A program made the translations under genes and the position numbers. From an uncultured delta proteobacterium (lineage in GTDB: Bacteria; Desulfobacterota; Binatia; UBA9968), in assembly GCA_963728565.1 (NCBI GenBank), contig CAVSLC010000003.1, positions 87,039 to 151,038 on the forward strand: a stretch of DNA of 64,000 nucleotides. Direction: 5' to 3'. Below the pieces are notes generated by a model. It ran no database searches. It was given only the letters and a program-made list of their open reading frames with translations, and was not told the origin of the DNA. Positions 55,045 through 64,000 of this stretch are shown here, in pieces; position 1 is the first letter of the stretch, and every line of letters starts with the position of its first letter.

Positions 55045-56732
55045 ATGTTCGATCTTTTGCTCAAGGGTGGAAGAATTTATGACGGTTCCGGCATGCCCAG
55101 CTTCACCGGCGATGTCGCGGTGGCGGGAGGAAAGATCGCCGCAATCGGCCGTCTCAATGGGACGGCCAAACGTACCTTGAATGTCGAAGGCCTGGCGGTG
55201 ACGCCTGGATTCATCGATCCGCATACGCATCTCGACGCGCAGTTGCTCTGGGATCCTTTAGGCACTTCGTCGTGTTTTCATGGCGTGACCTCGTCGGTGG
55301 TGGGAAATTGCGGTCTGAGCCTGGCCCCATGCAAGCCGGAGGGCCGCGAGGCGGTGATCAAAAGCTTTGTTCGGGTCGAAGCGATTAGCCGCAGAGTTCT
55401 CGAAGAGGGAATCGACTGGAAGTGGGTATCCACCGGCGAATACCTGGATGTGCTTGGCACCCGTCTTGGTATCAATGTCGCGGCGCTGATCGGTCACATC
55501 GCTGTGCGTCACTACGTGATGGGAGAAGACGCGGTTGTGCGTGAAGCGAGACCGGAAGAAATCGCCCAGATGCAGCAGTTGGTGCGCAAGGGCATGATCG
55601 CGGGCGCCGTCGGCTTTTCAACCAATCAGAACCCCCGCCACATGCGCGAAGACGGCAAGCCTATAGCTAGCCGGGTAGCCACAAATCAAGAGCTCTTGGC
55701 CTTGCTCGAAGTTCTTGGGGATATGAATACCGGCGTGATTCAGTTGAGCGGGGGCGGTGTGGACGCGCGTGGACGAATTGCCTATGCATCCGAGCTGGCG
55801 CGCGCCACCGGCCGGCCGGTGTTGTGGCAGAGCATCAGCCATAGTTGGACGCGGCCCGATCATTGGAAAGGCATGCTTGAATCCACTGCCAGAGTTTTCC
55901 GTGACGAGGGATTGCCGATCTATGCGATGACGCAGGCCAAACCGTTCGAGAACCGCTATACCATGCTCGATGCGCAATGCTTCGATGAGTTTCCTACCTG
56001 GCGCGCCGCGATGTTTATGCCGGTGGAGCAGAGGCAAAGATTTTTGCCGACCCCGAAGCGCGGCAAAAAATGCGCGCCGAGGTAAATTCGCCGGAGCCAT
56101 CGGTTTTCCCCAAGCGTTGGGATGTCATCTATGTCGATGAAGCGAAACTGCCGAAGAATAAGACTCTGCAGGGCCGAACTCTCGAGGAGATTGCGCGGAG
56201 CAAGGGAAAAGACCCCATGGATGTGTTCCTGGATCTCGCATTGGAAGAGAATCTCGAAACTCGTTTCTCGCACGTGACGACGCAGGGAGATCCCAAAGCG
56301 GTCTGTGAGATCCTCAAAAATCCGTTTGTCATCGTCGGTCAATCCGACGCCGGCGCGCACATGGGCTATGATGCCAGGTTCGGCTACTGCACGACCTTTT
56401 TGGGTCGCTGGGTGCGCGACAACGGGATTATGAGCTTGGAGGAAGCGGTCTCGAAGCTGACCTTTCATGTGGCGTCTATATTCGGTCTGCGCGACCGGGG
56501 TCTTTTGAGATCGGGACTCGCAGCCGACATCGCGGTGTTCGACCCCAAGACCGTCAACACAGTCGCCCCTGAGTACGTCCAAGATCTACCAGGCAACGAG
56601 AGGCGAATGATCCAACGCGCAACCGGAGTGCATCACACGGTGGTCAATGGAGAAGTGGTCATCGAGAACGGCGCCGCGACAGGCGCCTATCCCGGACAAG
56701 TATTGCGCAACACCCCGCCGCCACGGGATTGA
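55045..56732 (+). CDS. N-acyl-D-amino-acid deacylase / amidohydrolase 3 family (frameshift near 56036)
   Basis: PGFIDPHTHLD, GNCG, SDAGAH, DRG.L..G..AD. Confidence 0.88.
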
Positions 56733-56825
56733 TTGTTCGGTTGGGTTGGTTGGACAAGTCGTTAAATGGTAAAGCGGCTTCTGTCGCAAGTCTCGCACGG
56801 GAATTTTTCATTTAACTGCTCGGCG

Positions 56826-57398
56826 ATGAGCCGGATCAAAATTGATGGAGATTTGAAAACTTTTCTGAACGGTCGAGTTGTGGTCAAGATCGGCGACATC
56901 ACCAAAGAACAGGTCGACGCGATCGTCAATGCCGCCAATGGCACTTTGATGGGCGGTGGCGGCGTCGATGGCGCAATTCATCGAGCAGGCGGCCCAGAGA
57001 TATTGAAGCAGTGCAAAGAAATCCGAGCGAGAGAATTTCCGCAAGGGCTGCCGACCGGAGAGGCTGTCATTACCAGCGCCGGCAGAATGCCTGCCAAGCA
57101 TGTCATTCATACGGTAGGGCCGGTTTACGGGAGCGGAGGGGTCGAAAAGGCAAAATTGCTGGCTTCATCCTACCAAAATTGTCTCCGCCTGGCGGTTGAG
57201 CACGGGCTCGAGACAGTCGCCTTCCCCGCGGTCTCGACGGGTATCTACGGCTATCCGCTCAGCGAAGCAGCCAAGGTGTCGTCCCACACGATTGAAGAGT
57301 TTCTCGGATCAAATGCTTCACTCGAGCAAGTTCGGCTAATATTTTTTAGCCCGAGTGACGCCGCCGCATTTTTGACCAACCAGACTTTTACCGAATAG
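56826..57398 (+). CDS. Macrodomain O-acetyl-ADP-ribose deacetylase (YmdB-like)
   Basis: GDIT, VNAAN, GGGGVDGAIH, HTVGP, STGIYGYP. Confidence 0.92.
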   Translation: MSRIKIDGDLKTFLNGRVVVKIGDITKEQVDAIVNAANGTLMGGGGVDGAIHRAGGPEILKQCKEIRAREFPQGLPTGEAVITSAGRMPAKHVIHTVGPVYGSGGVEKAKLLASSYQNCLRLAVEHGLETVAFPAVSTGIYGYPLSEAAKVSSHTIEEFLGSNASLEQVRLIFFSPSDAAAFLTNQTFTE

Positions 57399-57526
57399 GC
57401 GCCGGAATGGCAATGCGTACCATTCGCTGATGCGCGGTTATCAGAGCGCTATCATCTCACCTGCCTTGCAGCAACGTTTATAACGTGAGATAGGAAAATC
57501 TAAAATTAAGCTAACAAGGAATTTGT

Positions 57527-59584
57527 ATGACTTCATTCCAGCGCAGGCCGGTCGAAAATCTTCTCTCCGCGAAATCAATTGCGATTGTCGGCGCGTCACC
57601 GAAAGGGCGTTGGCCAATGGGGATTTATCGCAATCTAAAAAAGGCCTACAAGGGCAAAGTCTTTTTAATCAACCCCAATTATCAGGAGATAGAAAACAAT
57701 CCTTGTTATCCCAATCTCGCAGCGCTCCCTGAGGTCCCCGAGGAATTGCTAATTTTGATTCCGACACGAGCGGTGTTGGGCACTTTGGAAAGAAGCGACC
57801 AAACTCGGCACCAAATCCGCCACGATCTATACGGCCGGTTTCGGCGAAGGCGACGATCCCAAGGGGAAGGAACGCGCGCAGGCGATGAAGGATTTGTGCG
57901 AGCGCACGGGTTTTGTCGTTTGCGGGCCGAATTGCATGGGTTCGTACTCTTTAAGCGAAGGCCTCTGGACGTTTCCTACTTCAACGCCATTGCTAAAGAA
58001 AGGTCCCATGGGTCTGATCTTTCAGAGCGGTGGCTCACTGGGTAATTGGATCAAGGGCGCGACCGAGCGCGGCATCGGGTTTACCTACGCGGTTTCCAGC
58101 GGCAATGAAATCAGCCTTGATCTGGTGGATTATCTTTCGTTCATGGTGGACGATCCGGGGACCAAGATTATCCTATTGATGGTGGAGGGCATCCGACGTC
58201 CCAAGGAATTCATGGCTGTTGCGCGTGAGGCGCTCAACAAGAACAAGCCGATTCTCGTCGTCAAGCTTGGTCGCTCGGCAATGGGCAAGCGGCAGGCGAT
58301 TCGCATACAGGCGCATTGGCCGGAGCCGATGAAGTGTTCGACGCAGTGTGCAACCGGCTTGGGCTGATCCGTTGCCCAACTTTGGAAGATCTGACGGAAA
58401 TGACGTTAGCGTTCATGGCCGGCCGTTATCCGCGCGGCAGTCGCGCCGCGATCGTGGTCAACTCGGGGGGCATGAAAGGCCTGATCTGTGATCACGCCGA
58501 AGAACTGAACACCAATTTAGCCCAACTGAGCGACAAGACTAAAGAGGCCGTGCGTCCGCTGATCCCGCCGGAACTGGCCGTCGAAAATCCGCTTGAATGC
58601 GGCGTTGCCGGTTTTGGCGATGAGCAGGGCTTCATCAATATCGTGAAGCTGCACGCCGAGGATGACGGCGTCGATTTACTTGCGATTCATGGCGAATTGC
58701 CGCGCTTTCCTGAGAAAAGGGAAGCGACCTTGTTCAAAAATCTTGCCGCTGCGACTGATAAGCCGATCCTCGCATTTGCGCGCTCGACCTACAGCTGTAC
58801 CGACGAGAGCCGAAACTTTCAGGAACAAGCTGGGATTCCATTTCTGCAGGCGATCAAGCCGACACTGCGGGCGCTCGCAGGCTTGGGTTTATACGGCGAA
58901 CGCAAACGGCTGGGTGTGCCGACTCTGCCGGACGCAAACGGGAAACCGGAAGACCTGGAGGGCGACAAACTCAACACTCTATTGCAGAGCCGCGGCATCG
59001 GCTTGCCAAAGCAGTTTCTTGTAGGCACCGCGGCCGAAGCGGGATTGAAGTCAAAAGAGATTGGCTTTCCGGTGGCGTTGAAGTTGGTCGCAGCGGAAAT
59101 CGTCCATAAGACCGAATCCGGTGCGGTGGTATTGGGTCTGAAGACTCCCGAGGAAGTGGTCGCTGAGGGACAGAAGCTTCTATCCAAAACGCTAGGCAAA
59201 GGCCATCTGCTAATTCAGGAAATGGTGCAGGGCACGGAGGTGCTGCTGGGAGCGCGCACGGATCCGCAATACGGTCCGTTTTTGATGGTCGGGCTCGGCG
59301 GCATTCTCGTCGAAGTGCTGAAAGATGTCACGATTCGCCTGCTGCCGGTCGATGAAGGAGAAGCGCGCCGGATGTTGCAAGAGCTGCGCGGCTTCAAAGT
59401 GCTCCAGGGTGTTCGCGGGCAAGGCCCGCGCGACATCAACGCCCTGGTGAAAGCGATGGTCGGTTTGTCGGATATTTTCGCCGCGCAGCGCAATCATCTA
59501 AGCGATCATGGAAATCAATCCTCTGATGGTCCGGCCAAAGGGTGGCGGCGTCGCCGCGGTGGACGTGCGCTGGCGTACAAGTAA
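57527..59584 (+). CDS. Acetate-CoA ligase (ADP-forming) family, fused alpha/beta (indels near 57790, 58300, 59507)
   Basis: SIAIVGAS, GPNCMG, QSGG, (S)HTGALAG across frames, HKTE.G, EINPL in alternate frame. Confidence 0.85.
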
Positions 59585-59589
59585 GATCC

Positions 59590-60216
59590 TCAATCATTAA
59601 TCAGTTTGTTGGGAAGTTCGTCGCGGTCGTCCACTTGGCGCGGAAAGTGAGTTGCTAGGATGTCGCCGCACCGCTTCACCGCTTTGCAGAAAGCATCGCC
59701 GGCGTGGCGTGACTTCAAACCCACGGTGAGAATCTCGATGACTTCATCCCAAGTGCCGGGCGGAACTTTTTCGTTGATACCACGGTCCGCCAGAACTTCG
59801 ACTCGATGCTCCAATAACGACACCAGGATTAAAATGCCGGTATGGTCGCGTGTATAATGCAGACCGTGCTCGGTGAATGCAGCCATACAACGATCGTTGA
59901 CAGCTTCCTCGACGCGACTCCTCGAAGCTAATCGGCGCTTGACTGCAGGAATGCGGGCGATCAAAAAGCCGACAGTGGCGCCGATTACCGGCCACAAATT
60001 GAGACCATAGGATCCCCAGGGATCATGCCAGAGCCAGCCTAAAAGCATCCCAAGAAAAAGCCCGGTGACTACGCCAAACAGTTCGATTTCAGTGTAACGC
60101 GCGCTAGACGTGACAACCATCGGCACAATTTCGCCGGAAGTCTTGGACTCCGCCGCGATCACCGCCTGGTGAATACGTTCTTGCTCCGCTTCAGTAAGAA
60201 ATTTATCTGGGCGCAT
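59590..60216 (-). CDS. TPM-domain membrane protein
   Basis: AESKTSGEI, TRDHTGILI, ADRGI, DELPN. Confidence 0.85.
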   Translation of the reverse strand: MRPDKFLTEAEQERIHQAVIAAESKTSGEIVPMVVTSSARYTEIELFGVVTGLFLGMLLGWLWHDPWGSYGLNLWPVIGATVGFLIARIPAVKRRLASRSRVEEAVNDRCMAAFTEHGLHYTRDHTGILILVSLLEHRVEVLADRGINEKVPPGTWDEVIEILTVGLKSRHAGDAFCKAVKRCGDILATHFPRQVDDRDELPNKLIND

Positions 60217-60219
60217 CCA

Positions 60220-61038
60220 TCACCAACTGCCGGAAGCTCCGCCACCGCCGAATCCGCCGCCACCGCCACCGAAACCGCCGCCACCAAAGCCTCCGCCTCC
60301 ACCGAATCCACCCCCGCCAAAACCACCGCCACCCCAGAAGATCGGCGGATAGCGCCTACCGCGGGTCGCCCATATGCCTTTCCTTCGGCGGTTTGAATTA
60401 GAGGCGATCGACATGACGGCTATAAGCCCCAAAAGCAGTACCAGGCCAGTGAGTGAACCGAACCCTGATCCCGACGGGTTAACGGGTTTCTGCCGGGCGG
60501 TCTCCGGAAGCGGTTCCCTCTTGATCACTCTCAGCACAGCGTCGATACCTGCGACGATGCCGCTCGAGAAATCACCAGCGCGGAAACGTGGAATGATGTA
60601 CTGACTGATGATTTGGTTCGCTACGGCATCGGGCAAAATGCCTTCCAGGCCGTATCCGACCTCCAGGCGCAAACGCCGATCCTTCGGCACGACTATCAGA
60701 ATGACACCGTTGTCGAAGCCTTTCTTGCCGATTTTCCAATTCTCGGCAACGCGGATACTGAAGTCCTCGAGCGAGTCGCCCTCTAAGGAGGGCACTGTTA
60801 AAATCGCCACCTGGTGACCCGTGTCCCGCTCAAATTGCGCAAGTTGATCCTCCAACTTGCGAGTTTGATCCGTTGTAATAACTTTGGCGTAATCGTTCAC
60901 GCGCCCGCGCAGCGGCGGCACATCCAGAGGATAAGCCGGAGCCGATAGCAGGCAAAACAGGAAGAGGCAAAAGGCAAGACCATGCTGCGCCGGCAAATGG
61001 CGGCGCAGCGCAATCCGGGCATGAGGAGATTCGCGCAA
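60220..61038 (-). CDS. TPM-domain (YgcG-like) protein with Gly-rich tail
   Basis: VNDYA, DNGV, EVGYGLEG.LPD, GGGGFGGGGASGSW. Confidence 0.9.
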   Translation of the reverse strand: MRESPHARIALRRHLPAQHGLAFCLFLFCLLSAPAYPLDVPPLRGRVNDYAKVITTDQTRKLEDQLAQFERDTGHQVAILTVPSLEGDSLEDFSIRVAENWKIGKKGFDNGVILIVVPKDRRLRLEVGYGLEGILPDAVANQIISQYIIPRFRAGDFSSGIVAGIDAVLRVIKREPLPETARQKPVNPSGSGFGSLTGLVLLLGLIAVMSIASNSNRRRKGIWATRGRRYPPIFWGGGGFGGGGFGGGGGFGGGGFGGGGGGFGGGGASGSW

Positions 61039-61059
61039 GGTATTAATCGCCGTTACGGC

Positions 61060-61656
61060 CTAGAATTTTACCGGTGGCGGCTTCTGCGCGGCTTCATCGG
61101 CGCTGAACGATGGCCGAACTTCTAAGCCCAAGAACTTTGCCGTGAGATTAGTTGGAAACGAGCGCACAGTCGTGTTGTACTGAGCCACTCGTTCGACATA
61201 GCGCTTGCGAGCTACTGCAATCCGGTTTTCGGTGCCTTCCAGCTGTGCTTGTAAGTTTTGGAAATTTTGATTTGCCTTCAGCTCCGGATATCGTTCCACC
61301 ACCACGAGCAAACGGGATAAAGCGCTGGAGAGCTGGCTTTGCGCCTGCTCAAACTTTTTAAATGCTTCAGGATTGTTGAGCGATTCGGGATCGATCTTGG
61401 TTGCCGTTGCGTTACTGCGGGCTTCGATCACCTGTGTCAGGGTTTCCTGTTCAAACTTCGCCGCTCCTTTAACTGTCGCGACTAAGTTAGGCACGAGATC
61501 GGCACGGCGCTGGTACTGATTCTGAACTTCTCCCCAGGCGCCTTTCACTTCTTCATCCAGGCTCTGGAGGGTGTTATAACCGCACCCGGTTGCGGTTAGT
61601 ATTAGAACGACCATATACGGGCGAAGAAAGTACCAGCCTGGTGTATGAATACGCAT
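61060..61656 (-). CDS. lemA: LemA family protein (lipoprotein-type GCGYN N-terminus)
   Basis: YQRRADLVPNLV, YPELKANQNF, LEGTENRI; start uncertain. Confidence 0.9.
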   Translation of the reverse strand: MRIHTPGWYFLRPYMVVLILTATGCGYNTLQSLDEEVKGAWGEVQNQYQRRADLVPNLVATVKGAAKFEQETLTQVIEARSNATATKIDPESLNNPEAFKKFEQAQSQLSSALSRLLVVVERYPELKANQNFQNLQAQLEGTENRIAVARKRYVERVAQYNTTVRSFPTNLTAKFLGLEVRPSFSADEAAQKPPPVKF

Positions 61657-61748
61657 TTGAGGTCCTTTCGTGGTCAGAAATCTAGACTTTACAATGGCAA
61701 ACGGCAGGAGGGGCATCAAGAGGCTGGCGGACCGGGATAGACGAATGT

Positions 61749-61781
61749 AAAAAAAAGAGCCCCTCGTCAGAGGGGCTCTTT
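61749..61781 (-). terminator. Intrinsic terminator after the ABC permease
   Basis: A8-GAGCCCCTC-GTCA-GAGGGGCTC-TTT (U8 tail on the minus strand). Confidence 0.85.
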
Positions 61782-61815
61782 AAAGTGCGCGAACAAGCTA
61801 CCTAGAGGTTCGGAT

Positions 61816-62664
61816 CTAGATCTCCTGCGCACCCACTTTGGGGCGCCACTTGTCGAAGCGGCGCTCGATTCGGGTAAGTACCTCCATACCGATCATACCG
61901 GTCAAAGCGAAGATCAGCACACCGACGAAGACCTTATCGGTCTGGAAAGTAGCGCCAGCTACGGTGATCATGAAACCAATGCCTGCGGTAGCCGCGTAAA
62001 GCTCGCCGACCATGACTCCGACGATCGCCCGGCCCAGCCCAAGTCGCATACCGGTCAGTATAAAAGGGATTGTCGAAGGTAGCACCACCGTCTTAAACAG
62101 CATCCACTCCGAAGCGCCGAAGCTCCGCGCCGCAGTGAGAAGGTTGTAGGGCGTGGTTTTGACTCCATCGCGAGTGTTGATCAAGATCGGGAAAACGGCG
62201 CCGAGAAAGATGATGCCGACCTTCGAAAGTATGCCGATCCCCAACCAGATAATCACCAGCGGTAAAAGCGCCACTCGCGGGGTGGCGTTCATGGCGTTGA
62301 TGAAAGGATCGAAGACGTAGCTCGCCCTCTTATACCAGCCGACCATGATACCAAATGGGACAGCGACTAGAGCTGAGAGAAGATATCCCCAGAAGAGCTC
62401 GAGACCGCTGACATAGAGATCGTTATATATTTCCCCGGAGGAAAACATCTGGATGGCAGCGTTGAAGATCAGCGAGGGCGCGCTCATGAACATGGGATTG
62501 ATCAATTGGAGAACATTTCCAACGAGCTCCCATGCCACTAAGAAGGTCACCACACCTGCTGTGCCAAGTATTTTCTGTTCGTTGTTTAAATAGAACTTGT
62601 AGAGTTTTGACGCTTCGGCAACCCGTACGTCAAGCAATAGTTCTTCAGCCGATTGATCAGCCAT
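61816..62664 (-). CDS. ABC transporter permease, NitT/TauT (SsuC-like) family
   Basis: P..ALLPL...WLG.G, EAA-like loop AARSFGAS, GELYAA..GIG. Confidence 0.9.
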   Translation of the reverse strand: MADQSAEELLLDVRVAEASKLYKFYLNNEQKILGTAGVVTFLVAWELVGNVLQLINPMFMSAPSLIFNAAIQMFSSGEIYNDLYVSGLELFWGYLLSALVAVPFGIMVGWYKRASYVFDPFINAMNATPRVALLPLVIIWLGIGILSKVGIIFLGAVFPILINTRDGVKTTPYNLLTAARSFGASEWMLFKTVVLPSTIPFILTGMRLGLGRAIVGVMVGELYAATAGIGFMITVAGATFQTDKVFVGVLIFALTGMIGMEVLTRIERRFDKWRPKVGAQEI

Positions 62665-63137
62665 GGTTTTTATCCTTTCGCGGTTTATGGGTCACATTTG
62701 AATTCACTGATTCGGATGCGGAGTCGCGTGAATCATCAATGAGGCTGTTGAGGACCTTCACGAAGGTTGGTCCGGCTGATTGAAGTTCTTCCAAGTGGTG
62801 CAGCGAAAGCTTCTCCAGAAACTCTTCTCCATCGTGGGTTAGCTTGACCAACACCTGTCGCCGGTCGTTGGTCGAGCGCAATCGACAGAAAGTTTCGGTC
62901 TACCAAGCCGATCTACGAGCTCGACCGTGCTATGGTGCTGCAGCTGCATTCTTTCGGCTAGCACTCCGATTGTCGGACTTGCACTGTCCGGTAATCCCCT
63001 AATAGCCAAGAGCAACTGATGTTGCTGCGGCTCGATGCCCGCTTGTCGCGCGCGGCATTTTCGCTAAACCTGAGGAACTTACGTATTTGGTAACGTAGTT
63101 CCGCCATTGCTTTAAAGTCCGGCACGGTCACCATCAT
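62657..63137 (-). CDS. MarR family regulator (frameshifted, likely artefact)
   Basis: ELRYQIRKFL, PQQHQLLL, HHSTVELVDR, DRRQVLVKLT across frames. Confidence 0.8.
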
Positions 63138-63144
63138 CAAACAA

Positions 63145-63175
63145 TATCGTGTCACGATACTATCGTATTGCGATG
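63145..63175. promoter_or_regulatory. Tandem palindromic operator overlapping the putative marR promoter
   Basis: TATCGTG-T-CACGATA and TATCGTA-T-TGCGATG; minus-strand TCGACA-N18-TACGAT. Confidence 0.7.
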
Positions 63176-63320
63176 TATATTTAACTGTCGAGCCTTTGTC
63201 GACTAGGTCTTAGAATTTTTTGTCACTCGTTGTCTCAGGAGTTAGGAGAGGTGTCTTCGTGGTCCGATATTGTTGACTTTCAGCCGGAATCTTCGTTAAA
63301 AAAACAATTCGGGAAAAACC

Positions 63321-63632
63321 ATGAAATATGCAGTAATCAAAACGGGGGGAGCGGGGTCAGATCCTGAAGGGGATCTCGTAAAGATCGGGGAACAACCGGC
63401 GAGGTCGGCGAAAAGATAACGCTGGCTGAAGTTTTGTTCATCGGGGGCAATGGCGATGCCAAAATCGGGTCGCCATTGGTGGAGAAAGAAGTAAGCGGCG
63501 AGATTGTCAGCCAGGCCAAAGCGAAGAAAGTGCTCGCTTTAAAAAGAAACCTTCAGGGCCACAGTCGTCGACGAGGTCATCGGCAACATCAGACTACTCT
63601 CAAGATCACCGGAATTGATCGTTGGAAAATAG
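63321..63632 (+). CDS. rplU: 50S ribosomal protein L21 (multiple indels, likely sequence error)
   Basis: [28 protein letters not shown]. Confidence 0.85.
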
Positions 63633-63640
63633 GAACGGAT

Positions 63641-63899
63641 ATGGCACACAAAAAATTGGCGGGAGCTCCCGTAACGGGCGCGACAGTAAGGAACAACTGG
63701 CGCGGCGTAAAAGTATTGGCGGTGAAACTGTGCGTGCAGGTAATATTATCATCCGCCAACTCGGATACGCATTCAACCCGGCCGAAACGTGAGCATGGGT
63801 CGTGACTTTCACTCTTTTTGCGTTAATCAATGGCGTGGTGAATTTGGACCGGCTGGATCGGTGCCACGCAAACGAGTAAACGTGCTGCCTGCTCAGTAG
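63641..63899 (+). CDS. rpmA: 50S ribosomal protein L27 (multiple indels, likely sequence error)
   Basis: [31 protein letters not shown] across frames. Confidence 0.85.
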
Positions 63900-63924
63900 G
63901 AATTCGCCCGCCTGAGCTCTATTT

Positions 63925-63950
63925 AAAGCCCCGAAAGGGGCTTTTTTTTT
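63925..63950 (+). terminator. Intrinsic terminator after rpmA
   Basis: AAAGCCCC-GAAA-GGGGCTTTTTTTTT. Confidence 0.88.
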
Positions 63951-64000
63951 GCCGATAGAATCAGCGTGGCGCAGCGACTTGAGAATGGGTAAAGTATTCG

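Noticed and set aside
60225-60335. Repetitive CCGCCACC tract
   Set aside because: Encodes the normal Gly-rich tail of a TPM-domain protein; not a CRISPR array or DNA repeat
63321-63899. rplU and rpmA as true pseudogenes
   Set aside because: Core genes with an intact terminator, located where indel density peaks; error is more parsimonious

Overview
Bacterial chromosomal window, roughly 55% GC by eye. Gene content (tandem TctC/Bug binding proteins, NitT/TauT permease, EutA-like, SDRs, hisI-hisG) suggests a Deltaproteobacteria-like lineage such as Candidatus Binatia; this is inference only. Bases 1-24.5 kb hold the core rpoBC-str-S10-spc-alpha cluster with three oddities: no tuf between fusA and rpsJ, no rpmD, and a strong terminator-like hairpin between rpsG and fusA. 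Right after rplQ is a ~670-nt gap containing a ~250-nt imperfect inverted repeat that folds into a stem-bubble-stem rod, the best candidate here for an unannotated structured RNA. The rest is accessory or metabolic: a DUF4175-like/TPR-metallopeptidase/MoxR operon; an orphan His6-tailed EutA-like ATPase; an operon of a small membrane protein, a TPR protein, an unusual ferredoxin and a carboxyltransferase; hisI-hisG; a CutA-NUDIX fusion followed by a divergent tryptophanase-family lyase and an acyl-CoA ligase; mscL; two SDRs; a decayed GT2 pseudogene; several enzymes with substituted catalytic residues; two LemA loci; and a MarR-ABC permease unit with a tandem palindromic operator. Single-base frameshifts appear from ~37.5 kb and are densest at the right end, where they break rplU and rpmA, so they are most likely sequencing or assembly indel errors. 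No tRNA, rRNA, CRISPR array or intact mobile element was seen. All product calls come from motif recognition, not database searches.
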